Positions 1 through 13,300 of a stretch of DNA of 64,000 bases are shown in pieces (the first letter of the stretch is position 1; every line of letters begins with the position of its first letter). This DNA comes from Lytechinus pictus (lineage: Eukaryota): positions 6,574,001 through 6,638,000 of the forward strand of contig NC_087245.1 of NCBI RefSeq assembly GCF_037042905.1. Direction: 5' to 3'. The notes under the pieces were generated by a model. That model made no database searches, was not told the DNA's origin, and was given only the letters and a program-made list of their open reading frames with translations. A program made the position numbers and the translations under genes.

Positions 1-371
1 TGATAATACAAATACTTTAAGGGTTGGTAAATTAACACATTGAACTGACCAACTAATAAAGGTTATATAACATTGTAAAAAAGTATCTCATGCTGATTTT
101 TATTTGTTTTCTTGATGCCTCATGTCATTCACTTTGTTAAGAAAATGTTTGTAAGGTCTTGATACTAATAAAGTACGAAATTGATGTAATTAACATTTTT
201 AAAGCAAATTCACAATTCCCAGTTCTGGAAAGATTTACAGCAAACTGATTCATTGATAGAATTATCACTGGGCAACAAAGCAAAGTACATGTATGTACAT
301 TTTATGAATTACTTCTGATATTGACTATTGTAATTATTTCCAAGGATTTTTGTTACTTTCTATAATATCAG

Positions 372-734
372 ACTCAAGCTGTCCCTCAGATGGTGTTCAA
401 ACTATTCCTGCCTCGATGCCTTACAACATCATGTCTAAAAACTACCCAATGGACTATGATAATAACCTGAACTGTTTGTGGCTTCTCCAAGCTGATGCTA
501 ACCATTCTTTAGTCATTGACATCCTTGACTTCACATTGGAAAGTGGATATGACTATCTCTACATTGGACTTGGTCACAATCAATCAAATGAGAACTCTGT
601 TGTCCTTGAGCTAACAGGATCTATAACTCCAACTAGATACTATCTTGGAATGAAGTTGTATCTTCAATTTTTATCTGATTCATTTGTTTCACGATCTGGG
701 TTCTCATTGAATGTGACATCCATTCCATTTGAAT
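372..734 (+). CDS. Exon, CUB-A domain (unit 1)
   Basis: tcag|AC...GAAT|gtaagt, 363 nt, phase 1-1; DSSCPSDG...SIPFE. Confidence 0.9.
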
Positions 735-3700
735 GTAAGTATGTTATGAGTGTGAAGTCTTGCACAAATTTGGAGACCAAATTTGCGACTTACGGGTATA
801 TCATGGTAACGCAATTTGACTTTCTAAAGGATAATGTTAAGCCGAAAAAAGCTAATTTTTATACTTTTTGTACAAAGTCTTTGGGAGATGAAATTCATAA
901 AAGGTGATTATTTTTATTTCTATTTGGACTGCTTCATTAAATTAGGGTTCGATTTAAATGTGGAATGGGCTGCAAAAATTTCCAATGAAAACAAAAGATA
1001 AAAAAACAAAGAAATGCTAAAAAAAAAAAGGAAAGAAATGTATCAGGGAAAATTCGGTTTTTGCATTTCTTCTTTATTGAAAATTTGACATGAAATTACA
1101 TAGAGGACATCTAGGAAAAAAATAGAATATGAAGTTAAATTGGCTGTCTAATATCATATGTTTTTCACATTGAATGAATTTACATATTTTTTTTCTAATA
1201 AAAAAAAGATTATACATGTACTTGTTCATAGTTAATGTGGTAAGGAATATGCGTGCCAAATTTTGGCGCGATTCTGTGAAGGGCTGGCGGCCGTGATCAG
1301 AAGGGAGTTCATTATGGCCCCACCTTGTTCCTCAAAATCATCTTAAACAGCCCAGTCCTTTAACCCAATAGGACTGGGTTATTTGAGATGTATTGAGGAC
1401 TGGGGGGCCATGATGGCCCCCTCCCTTTCTGATCTCGGCCGCCGTTCGCGCAATCGCGCCGAAATTTGGCACGCACATTCTTTACCACATAAACTACAAG
1501 CTAGTATAAAAGAAATTTCTGGAAAAAAAATGTTTTAATTTTTATGAATAAAATATGCAAATTTATTCATGAAAACAATATTTGCATATTTAACACCCTA
1601 CATGTATTTCACTTCAAATTTTCTTCTTTTTTTACAGATGTCATCTTTGTAATTTAATTAAAAGTTTTCCACAAAGAAAATTTGCGAAAGCCAATTTTTT
1701 CCTCATGTATTTCTTTGGTTTTAGAATTTTTATGTATTTCTTGTAATTTTTCTTTTGTTTTTCAATTTTTTTTCATTGGAAATTATTACAGACCATTTAA
1801 CAACTAAATTAAACCTTGAATTAATTAAGCAGACCAATAATATAATCTCCCATAGGCTTTGTACACAGAGTACAAAAATGAGCCATTTTGAGCATGACAT
1901 TGCCTTGTAAAAAGTCATGTGATGCGCGATGGTACATTGTATACCTGTATGTCACAAATTTGGTCTCAAAAGTTGCGCGAGACTTCAAAGAAAAAAGTCA
2001 TACAATATTGAGGCGCTATCTTCTTGCATTTCAAAAATATTGTGCGAAGCGTCGAGGGCCATCATGCTGCCACCCCCCCCCCCCCCCGTCCTTCAGAGTT
2101 CAGAGAAGATTAAAAAAAACTTGTAATGTGGAAAGAGAGTGGGAAAATGACGAAAGTAAGAGAGAAGGAAAACATTCAAATGGCCGGTAATAGAAATAAG
2201 CTGCTATAAGAAAGAATGAAAAGAGTGTGTATTACATATAGTCTTTCCTCAAAAAGTTCTTTCAAATAATTGAAATGGATTCCAGGAATTTTATCTTTGA
2301 AACGCATAAGCATGTACATGTACATGTAGTAGCTGCTGTAATTTATAATACTGCATTTAATCTAGAATGCATTTAGGGTTCTAATAAGGGAAGTGATGAA
2401 TGTTTTATGAGTATGATTCTTATTGAAATATGAAATTTTGATAACAGGATTTTTTTAGATATTTTATTACAAGTAATATTTTTGTATTTTTTTCCAGTAA
2501 CTGAATCATGTGATGCAGACCAGAGAGTTCTTGAAGGATCTTATTGTGATGGAGTCATGGATTGTTTTGATAAGTCAGATGAATTTGAATGCGGTAAGTC
2601 TTATTATTTTCATAATTTTTAGTTTAGTGTTACTATTTGAATTAGCATTTTGTATGTAAATAATACATGTAGGTTTATTTATATATTGGTGCAAGAGCTT
2701 TTTTTAGGGGGAATTTCTGTTTAAATTTTTTTCTCTGTCTCCAAAAGAGAATTTGTTTGTTAAAAGAAAGACTGAAAAATATATGTCCATTAGAAGAGTG
2801 ACACGGTTTAGTGCTGTTTTTGTCTCGCCTGCATAGCAGAGCGAGACTATAAGCGCCGCTTTTCCGACGGCGGCGGCGGCGGCGTCAACATCAAATCTTA
2901 ACCTAAGGTTAAGTTTTTGAAATGACATCATAACTTGGAAAGTATATGGACCTAGTTCATGAAACTTGGACATAAGGTTGATCAAGTATTACTGAACATC
3001 CTGCCTGAGTTTCAGGTCACATGACCAAGGTCAAAGGTCATTTAGGGTCAATGAACTTAGACCATGTTGGGAAAATTATTTTCAAAATCTTAACCGAAGG
3101 TTAAGTTTTTGAAATGACATCATAACTTAGAAAGTATATGGACCTAGTTCATGAAACTTGGGCATAAGGTTAATCAAGTATTAGTGAACATCCTGGTCGA
3201 GTTTCAGGTCATGTGACCAAGGTCAAAGGTCATTTAGGGTCAATGAACTTTGGTCAAGTTGGGGGTATTTGTTGAATTACTATCATAACTTTGAAAATTT
3301 ATGGATCTAGTCCATGAAAATTAGACATTAGGTTAATCAAGTACCACTGAATATCCTGTGTGAGTTTCAGGTCATATGACCATGGTCAATGGTCATTTAA
3401 GGTCAATGAACTTTGGCCGTGTTGGGGGTATATGTTAAATTACCATCCTAGCTCTGAAAGTTTATGGATCTAGTTCATAAAACTTGGACATAAGAGTAAT
3501 CAAGTATCACTGAACATCCTGTACGAGTTTCAGGTCACATGACCATGGTCAAAGGTCATTAAAGGTCAATGAACTTTGGCCGTGTTGGGGGTATTTGTTG
3601 AATTACCATCCTAGCTCTGAAAGTTTATGGATCTAGTTCATAAAACTTGGACATAAGAGTAATCAAGTATCACTGAACATCCTGTACGAGTTTCAGGTCA

Positions 3701-6700
3701 CATGACCATGGTCAAAGGTCATTAAAGGTCAATGAACTTTCACCGGCCATCGAACGTAGGGTTAATGATAAGCTCCTCTCTCTCCAGAGGAAGGATGTCT
3801 TGTCTAGACCCATTTACCGACAACTCCGGAGCTCGTCTGGTCTATGTCCCATAATCTTTGGGCAACCGAAGATTCATAAACCAGACACTCCACTCAGACC
3901 TATTGTGTCTACTAGAGGATCTCCCACGTACGCACTGGCTCAGCATTTGACTTACATCTTACAGCCTCTTGTTGGTCAGGGCGTGCATCACGTGAGAAAC
4001 TCTAAACATTTCGTTGAGCAGATCTGTCAGATGAACGTCTCTAACAATGACCTCCTCATCAGCTTTGATGTTGAGTCATTGTTCACAAGTGTACCAGTTA
4101 AGGATGCTTGCGCCATCATCCTTGAGAGATTGAAATTTGACAGAACTCTCCCTGACAGGACACAGTTGTCTCCTCTAGAGATCCATGACCTGCTTGAGAT
4201 GTGCCTCAATTCCACCTCTTTCAGATGGAGAGACACATTCTACAGGCAAACGGAAGGGGCTGCCATGGGGTCTCCCCTGTCCCCAGTGGTAGCCAACATG
4301 TTCATGGAACATTTCGAGGAGACGGCTCTCCAGTCAGCAACCCACAAACCCAAAGTGTGGCTTAGATATGTGGACGACACTTTTGTGGTTTGGCAACACG
4401 GTGCTGAGGAAACTAGCAATTTCTTACAGCACCTCAACTCTCAACACGAATGTATCAAGTTCACCATGGAAATGGAGAATGAGGGGTCTATCCCCTTTCT
4501 TGATACAAAGATTACGAGGACGGCACAGGGATCCCTATCCCATCAGGTTTATCGGAAACCTACTCACACTGATCGGTACTTGAACTATCGTTCATTCCAC
4601 CACCCATCAGTGCTGAGATCCATCAACAAGACGTTAGTCAAACGAGCGCATGAGGTTAGTGACCAGATCCACCTGAGAGGTGAGCTTGAGCATATCAAAC
4701 GTGTTTTGAAATGTAACAACTACCCCTCACATAAGATCTGCACTGAGCTTCCCCCCTCGCGGAACCCTCGTGCAGGACAACCCAAGGCGAGAGTCGTTCT
4801 TCCATATCTGGGAGCAGCCTCTCACAAAATTCAGAGGATTTTGAGAGAAGCCGACATTGAGGTTCGTCATAGTTCCTCAAATAAGCTTCAATCTGCCGTC
4901 ACTACACATAAGGACAAGCGCAACTCCAAGGACCTCCCTGGAGTTTACCGAATTCCTTGTGAATGCGGTAAAGTTTACATCGGAGAGACGGGTCGTTCCT
5001 TCAACACTCGGATTAAGGAACACAAGGCCCATGGTAGGAGAGACGAGAGGGAAAAATCTGCAATCATCGATCATGCCCATACGCATGATCACCGGATTCT
5101 TTGGGATGAGAGCAGACTAGTCACCCGTGTCCCCTACTGGTATCAACGGAGAGTCAGAGAAGCGTTGGAGATTGAGGAACATAACACTGTTCCTCAAGAC
5201 AGCGGCCTCCAACTCAGCAATATCTGGCTTACCGTTCTAGACAAAGAGGCTAATTTGCCTAATTAGCCTACCCGGACGTTCCACACACGTGTGAGCACTG
5301 CAGTGTATGGGCGGAAGTGGTGACTTTTGTCATTCATGCTAATCCTAGCGGGAATGATAACTGACAGCAATTTCCGGTCGTCGCTGGTTTTGCGCGCCCA
5401 ATTTGTGTGTTGTCACCCACGTCCGCATATGTGGATGTCATGTGACCTATCTAGCCAATCAGAGACATGTACTCTGCGAGATACCGTGCATACGGCACTT
5501 CGACAGAGTATATAAGGCCTGCTTTTACTAACTTTGCTCATTCTCCTGAGGACGACAAGAACACACTTGTCGAAACGTCGAGATTGGGTGGTCCTTTTTA
5601 GGACCAACATATGCCCAAGAAAGAATACATGGTGTACCGTGAAACCTACTACACTAGTCCTTTCTAGCAGTCTCTTTGCTGGACTTTATCTCTTTTATTT
5701 CATGAACCCTTACAATCCCTGGTGTTTTGAGTCTTGTCTGTCTGGGGGAGGAGAATTATTCCTCTCCCCCCTTTAAGATATTGGTCGCTGATCTTGCGAC
5801 CACAAAAATGATATAAACTTTGCAATTGATCGAAATTTCACTCAATGTATATATTTTCTATGAATTAATTATGCTTATTTATGTACAAAATAATACTGGC
5901 CATTATTCACTAAATAAAGTTGCTAGAATACTTTTTTTTTTATTGTGGATATTATTTCTGGCAAAATTTTGGTACTAAAATTGGTTGTTTTTCATTGTTT
6001 TTAATTTCTTCTATCTATCTTTGTGTTTTTAACTTTTGATTTTTACAATTTTTTCAATGATTTTTTGTGAGGGCTTGCATGCCTCCAGGCAACAGTGTTG
6101 AATTTTAATTTGCGAGCCCTGGCCCATAGAAAATCCTTTTAGTGAGGATGCAAAATGACCTCACAATTTTGCACGATAAATTTGTAATATGAAAAGTTCA
6201 TATGAATTTTATGATATTTTTTGTTGTCTTACTCAACATTTGAGAACAATTTTTTTCCAAAGTTATGCAATATTTTGCAAGAACATATTACACCTGAAAT
6301 TGCTCAAAATGATGCTCAAGTGGTTATGTATTTTCACACCCAACTTTGTGGTTGCTTTTATTTGCTATTTATTGATTTTCCAGCTTATTAAGGATTGGTT
6401 GGGCAGCCAATTTTTATTTCATTTAGGTAAAAACAATTCTGATTGTATGTCCTTGTTGCCTCATTCATGTTTATCTTTAATAATAGTACAAAAAAGTTGC
6501 TATGCTTGTTTTCCTTCTTCTCCTGGAAACAGTACAGGCCACTGGCTGGTGTATTGTCGTACTGCTTGTCAATTACTAGAAGATAGATACAAAATTGATG
6601 TTGATTTCAGTTGGAAGTTCAATTTATTAATGTCAATGCTGAACTGAATGACAGCAAAGTGATTCATCAACTAACATTTTGTTTCTTTTCTTTTATTTTG

Positions 6701-7308
6701 ATTATTAGGTACAAGCTGTCCCTCTAACAATAGTATTCAGACTATTCCTTCCTCGATGCCTTACTCCATCATTTCTGACAACTACCCTTTTAATTACAAC
6801 AATAATCTTGAGTGTTTATGGCTTCTCCAAGCTGCTGCTAACCATTCTTTAGTCATTGATGTCTTGGTCTTCACATTGGAAAGTGGATATGACTATCTCT
6901 ACATTGGACTTGGTCACAACCAATCAACTAATAACTCTGTTGTCCTTGAGCTTACTGGATCTATAGCCCCAACGAGATACTATCTTGGAATGAGGTCATA
7001 TCTTCAATTTGTATCTGATTCTTCTATTTCACGGTCCGGTTTCTTATTAAAAGTGGCATCCATTACATTAGAATGTAAGTAGGCAGGGTTGTGTTAAAAA
7101 TTCAAAGTTACTAAACATGTAAGAACAAAATAGATCTTGAATAATTGTTATGAAAATAGTGGAAGTTGTAGCATTAGTATGAGAAGAACTGCTGTTATTT
7201 TCATTGTCATAATATTGGTAATGATAAAGCAGTAGTACATATAGGAGTAGTAATGATAGTTAAAGTAGTGGCAGCAGCAGTAATACTAGTAGTTGTTAGT
7301 AGTAAATA

Positions 7309-7341
<33 letters not shown>

Positions 7342-10300
7342 TGGTAGTGGTAGTGGTAGTGGTTGTGGTTGTGGTTGTAGTAGTAGTAGTAGTAGTAGTA
7401 GTAGTTGTAGTTGTAGTTGTAGTTGTAGTTGTAGTAGTAGTTGTAGTTGTAGTTGTAGTTGTAGTTGTAGTTGTAGTTGTAGTTGTAGTTGTAGTTGTAG
7501 TTGTAGTTGTAGTAGTAGTAGTAGTAGAAGAAGAATTAGTAGTGGTGGCAGAATTAGTTGTAGATGTAGTAGTAGTTGTGGTACTGGTAGTAATGATGCT
7601 ACCACTTGTCGCTGTTGTTGTATTCAGCGTAAGAAGTAGCAGAAATAGAAGTTATGATAGCAGTATTCCTTTTTATTTCTTAAAAGATTGTGATACCAAT
7701 ATACATGTATGGTATGAATTCTATATGAACTTGACATTCATTCCCTAATATATTATAATTTGAAAGAGGAACAGTATTTTTTCCAAATGATATCTATCCC
7801 TCAAAGTAGTCATTGTAAAATTGATTTTCCTCCAGTATCTGAATCTTGTGACGCAGACCAGAGAGTTCCAGTAGGATCTAAGTGTGATGGAGTCATGGAT
7901 TGTTTTGATAATTCAGATGAACTTGGATGTGGTAGGTTAATCAATTTCTTCTTGTACAACCATGCATTTCTGTACGGATTGATGCCCCATTTGTATGGGT
8001 AGTTTCAGAGTTTTGTTTTGAATACATTTGCTTTCAAAAGCACCTAGTGGGAGATCACCTACATTGTTTACACGTAAACATGTAAAATCAATATTTTTTT
8101 TCTTCCAGCAGAAGGGAGAGAAAAGGATCAGTAAAATCTTCCTCACAAGCTATATGATGGTCAGGTTAATTTTTAGGAGTTATTAGTCATGGCACCAATT
8201 TGAAGTGGTGCCTTTTTTTCTTTGAGAAGTCAAGATTTACTCTTTTCTTTATTCAATGTACATGAAGTATGGTCTATTTTGGTCAGATTATTAATACCAT
8301 TAGAATTGTGTTATTAACTGCCCTAGTGAATACAAAAAGGAATCATGCCACTGTTATGCTGAAGCCCAAGCTTACAGTTTTCTCTTCAGTCTGGATTTAT
8401 TTGTCCCAAAATTGTACTTTTTAAATCTGTTTTCAATTTCGGTTTAACATGATGGGGATGCATGTCATAATGTAATACATGTATCCTCAACATGATAAAC
8501 AACATTTCTATGTGTTTTGCTGTTTCTTATGATGTAGAATTGGTGTGAATTGAGATCTTTAATTTGATGTTGAATGTATTTTTATGTAAATTTTTTGTAA
8601 AGGGTTATTGGAATTCAGCTTTTCAGCCTTCTAGCCTTCCTTCCATCCCCCCATTGGTTTCCTCGCAATAACTCGAAAAATATTAAATGGATTTAAAAAA
8701 ATTTTGGTGTGTACATGAAGGTAGATGACACCAAAATACAGGCTAAGTTTGATTTCGGTGCCCACAGGTTGCAGCTTATTATGCATGTTGGTTTCTGCAT
8801 AGTAACTAAGGAAATAATCAACAGATTTCAAAGAACTCTGGTGTGTGTATATAGACAGATGACAGCAAAATACAGGCCAATTTCGATTGCGAAGTCTGCA
8901 GGTCAAAGGTCACAGCTCATATATGCAAGTTGGTTTCTGAATAGTAACTTAGGGAATTATAAACAAATTAACAAAATCATTGGTGTATATGCACGATATT
9001 ATTAAGTTCAATAGTATTGAATGAATTTCTGATTGCGTTAAGCGGGAGCATCTGTGTCCTTCTGTGTCCTTAGGACACGTTAAATTTCTAGTTTATTGAG
9101 TGTTTTATCCTTAAATCAGTGAGTTTTTTCATTCACATAAATGCTTCATTTTTCTAATGCAAACTGTCATTTAATTTGTATTTGATAAAATGTATTTAAT
9201 CTTTATACAACAGAGACCAGTGAAATTAATGACTCAATCAAATTTTGTTTTGAATTGGATTTATACCGTCAAACGCTTGAAAATCTCTGTTTGAAAAAGT
9301 ATAGATGTTTAACAGTTTAATTTGTTTCAATCCTAATCTAGCTAATATTTCACTCTCGGCTGGAGAAATATACAATCTGACATCACCTGGATATCCTTCC
9401 AACTATGACAACAATCTTAACCTGGTATGGACCATATTAGCACCTTCAGATTATCGCATCATCATCTATGCAACAGACATCAGCACGGAACTTAACTATG
9501 ATTTTCTTTATATTGGCGAGGGATTGACCTTTGACCTCAACAATCTCTTAATGGAGTTTACAGGGTCTTATGATAGGAGTTTACAAGTTCTTCTGCCTGG
9601 GAATAAAGCTTTTATCAGCTTCACTAGTGACTATAGTACTACAAGACAGGGATTCTTCCTTGAAATATCAACTTCTGATCAACCAGGTAGGTTAGAGGAA
9701 ATGTACATGTATGTTAGAGCATGAGAAAAAAATATGTCAAGAATTTTAAAGACAACACATAATTTTGCAGTTATATGTACATGTATCAGGTGTCATTTTT
9801 TTCTTCTGAATAGACCAAACTTGTGGGACTAACTATCAAGCATTCTGTAATTCTTTACTATTGAAAGTTTGCAAACTTTTGAACACAATCATGAAGTTTA
9901 TTTTAGCTGAGCAAATTAGACTACTACATGTACATGTATTAGGGTACGATCATGAAAGCGCGTGTTGGTTGGAAATAAGGTATAGTTTACTTTTGTTCTC
10001 AACCCATAAAGAAAAAATCTGAAGAATTACCTCAAATTTTTTGGCTGCTAACTGCAGCCTTCCTCCGCGATGACCGATGTGACCTGATTTGACCTAGTGA
10101 CATAATGAATGATAATCGGGTCATAGATTATTCACCGAGGGCCAGATTTCTTGGACATCGACACCTTAGCTCCTCTTCCTTTGGAGTATCGCAGCACAAT
10201 CACATCGAATCGCCTGGACATCACATTGACATTAACAAGGTACAAGTGCTGGACAGGTAGCCGCGGTACTTTGAGAGAGGAGTGAAAGAAGCGATCTACA

Positions 10301-13300
10301 TCCAGACGTTCAAACCTTCTCTCAGCAGTGACGGGGGTGATACAAGCTTCAAAGTGTCTACAACCCTATTATCGATCACTACGTCATTAGATCAAATTGG
10401 TTCACATCATTTATCTTTAAGGAAAGCGCCGTTAGCATCCAAAAATTTTGAGGTAATTCTTTGGATTTTTTTCTTTATGCATTGAGAACAAAAGTTCAAC
10501 TTTCCCAATTAAATACATGCTTTTGGCAAAGGGTACTAAAAGGAAGCGGGATAGTACGAGAAATCTGCATAAACTGATTTTGTACCATGTTACAATTCAA
10601 AGCTTTTCTGAAAATGCAGGCCTATAAGTGTACATGTACACTATTATTATTGTGGTACTTGTATATATGTTATTTTTTGTTTCAGCCGGTGATTGTGGGA
10701 ATTCTCTTATGTCCTGTAACTCATCAGATGTCTGTATTTCTGCCTCAGCGTTTTGCGATAGTCTATCTGATTGCCTTAATGAAGATGATGAGATAAATTG
10801 TGGTATGTAGAATAGTTTATGATAAAATCATTCCTTACGTCATCTTTAGCTAGTACATCCTTGCTTCCGATATCTTAGTGAACTCACCAGTCAATGTGAT
10901 ATAATTCAGTTTTTTTAATTTAATTTTTACCATTTCAGCTACAGTAATGAGAGTTATTAGATAATCCAGAGATATATACATGTATGTAGGAACTAGGATG
11001 GAAATAAATGAAAAGAAGATGGATGAAGTGATTGTAGGCATTCTGAAAAACAAAGAAGCAAATTGTATAAGAATAAGAGAGGAGATTAAGATATCAATGA
11101 ATCAAAGCTAATTTATTTCACTATTCATTTTGTGTGTACATGTATGCTTGTATTTGTTTATTTGTTTAGGTAATATAATAATCGTATTTATAATTTGTTT
11201 TCCATAACTTCAGATGCCAGCTGTCCGTCAGATGGTCTTCAAACTATTCCTGCATCAACACCTTTATCCATCATTTCTGACAACTACCCTATAGCCTATA
11301 GCAATTTAATCAAGTGCTTATGGCTTCTCCAAGCTGAAGTTGACCATTCCCTGGTGATTGACATCCTTGACTTCACATTGGAAAGTGGATATGACTACCT
11401 CTACATTGGACTTGGACACAATCGATTAGATGAGAACTCTGTTGTCCTTGAGCTTACTGGATCTGTAACTCCAACAAGGTACTATCTTGGAATGCAGACA
11501 TATCTCTACTTTGTTACAGATTCTACACGGACGCGATCTGGGTTCTCATTGAATGTGACATCAATTCCATTTGAATGTAAGTATGGAAAGATTTTGTTTA
11601 CAAATCAATCATCTTCTCTAAAGTGACAGTATATAAAAGTAAACAAAACATCTCAAATAATCAATGGTGACTTACTCTTTAGCTTTAATAAAAACGTTGG
11701 TAATGTTAACTACACTTGAGTAACATCAAACGTTGGAATGTTACAAATGCGTAGCAGTCATTAAATGATTAGAATAAGAATATGACCTTTTTCTTCAATT
11801 AGGATTTAAAAGTAAATGTAAGAAGTTGCAGTTGAAATAGGCCCATTTTGTATCCTTTCTCTATACCTTGGAAAGGAGCTGGGCAACATTTACCCGTCTT
11901 GCAGCTTTTCAGATCAACTAGATACCAATGAATTTAAGATACAGTGTATGAATGTAGTGATCGAGGCTGAAATGATGGATCCATATCACTATTTCTAACT
12001 TAAGTAAACTCAGATTACTGTAACCTGTCAATGCCTGAGATAACTTGGTCTAGGGTGTATAATAAAAAAGTAGGGATATAGTTTGTAAATTCACCCTTTC
12101 TCATTTTTCTATAGTAACTGAATCTTGTGATGTAGACCAGAGAGTTCCAATAGGATCTGATTGTGATGGAGTAATAGATTGTTTTGATAATTCAGATGAA
12201 CTTGGATGTGGTAAGTTTAAAATACCAACTTTACGACTTTGGCTCATGTATGCATATGGGAATGATATTGTTTTCATCAGATTTGGGGGTCATTGGGTCA
12301 AAGGTCTCAAACATGAATAAATGAAAGAAAATTGCCCTTCTGAAAATAAGAAGACTTGACAATTCAAAGGTTCAAACTTGCTATCTGATGTAGTGGTTAA
12401 AAGGATCTGGTTATATTTAGTAGTCATAAGGTCTGAAGTTGTAGAGGTCAATAAACACATAAATTGTCAACAATGCTACTGTACAACCTGCTTGTTATTC
12501 ATATGATCCATGTGACATTGATGATATCATCAGATTTGGGGTCACAGGTCATCAAGAATTAAAATGGCTCATATTTTGTATAACTTGATAGATGTAATAA
12601 GTAAATCAAATTAAACATGATTTTTGTATGCATATTAGACTGATAATAGGATTGGATATCCTGAAAGTAGTGTGCAAATTTAAATATTAAATTTGTCCCC
12701 CCAAAATGTGGCCTTGGTGGAGGTGTGAAATTTGACTGCTTGAGTTGAGAAAATAATTGATTTGAAATTGCCTGTATCTCTTGAATTAAAGAATGTGTAT
12801 TGCAATAGAACTTTATATACAGCAGGTAATTGCATGAAATATTCAAATTCATTGAATATCTGACCCCCAATATTCTAACTTTTTATTCCACTTCACTAAC
12901 TGGACAATCTATAATGATTTGAGAGTAATACAAGAAGACAAATCATTTCAGGATTGTCACACATATAAAAGGAATGGAGATACATACTTTATAAGTCTTT
13001 AATCATATTTTACTTAATTCATTTTGTTCTGTAGTATGGAAGCACTTTGAAGTTTGGGTGTTTAATGTCAATATCTGGAAATGGCAGTAGATTTTGAATT
13101 TGCTCTTTATAAAATGACTAGTAATAATATTCATAAATGTGTTTTTACCAAAATCTTTCACAGCATGACCATGATAAAAGTATGTTGAACTTTTTATTTC
13201 AGTTTCAATCGATGGATCATTTATGATAGCTGGTATATTTTCATCTGATCTGAATGACCCCTCTACAGTACTATACCAGAATACAACTTCAAGCATTATC

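Larger units (their letters stand above)
3741..5654 (+). mobile_element. Penelope-like retroelement, 5'-truncated, with 3' pseudo-LTR
   Basis: Uninterrupted RT + GIY-YIG ORF, TATA-like tatataag at ~5509, hammerhead motif in the 3' tail; absent from units 2 and 3. Confidence 0.92.

Noticed and set aside
350..907. ORF-track CUB ORFs read as stand-alone single-domain genes
   Set aside because: Their starts and tails are intronic read-through; homology stops at AG and GT splice sites
2900..3740. Regular repeats as a CRISPR array (also 26830-27620 and 36950-38050)
   Set aside because: Whole units repeat without unique spacers, there are no cas genes, and the context is a eukaryotic intron
6189..6647. 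152-aa hydrophobic ORF repeated at 21464-21922
   Set aside because: AT-rich intron sequence; the frame is broken in unit 3 (~39130-39570) and no domain motif is evident
7207..7748. Poly-Val, Ser/Cys and Leu/Gln ORFs (similar ones at 42598-42786, 43387-43750 and 47383-47666)
   Set aside because: Translations of microsatellites; no splice context and length is unstable between units
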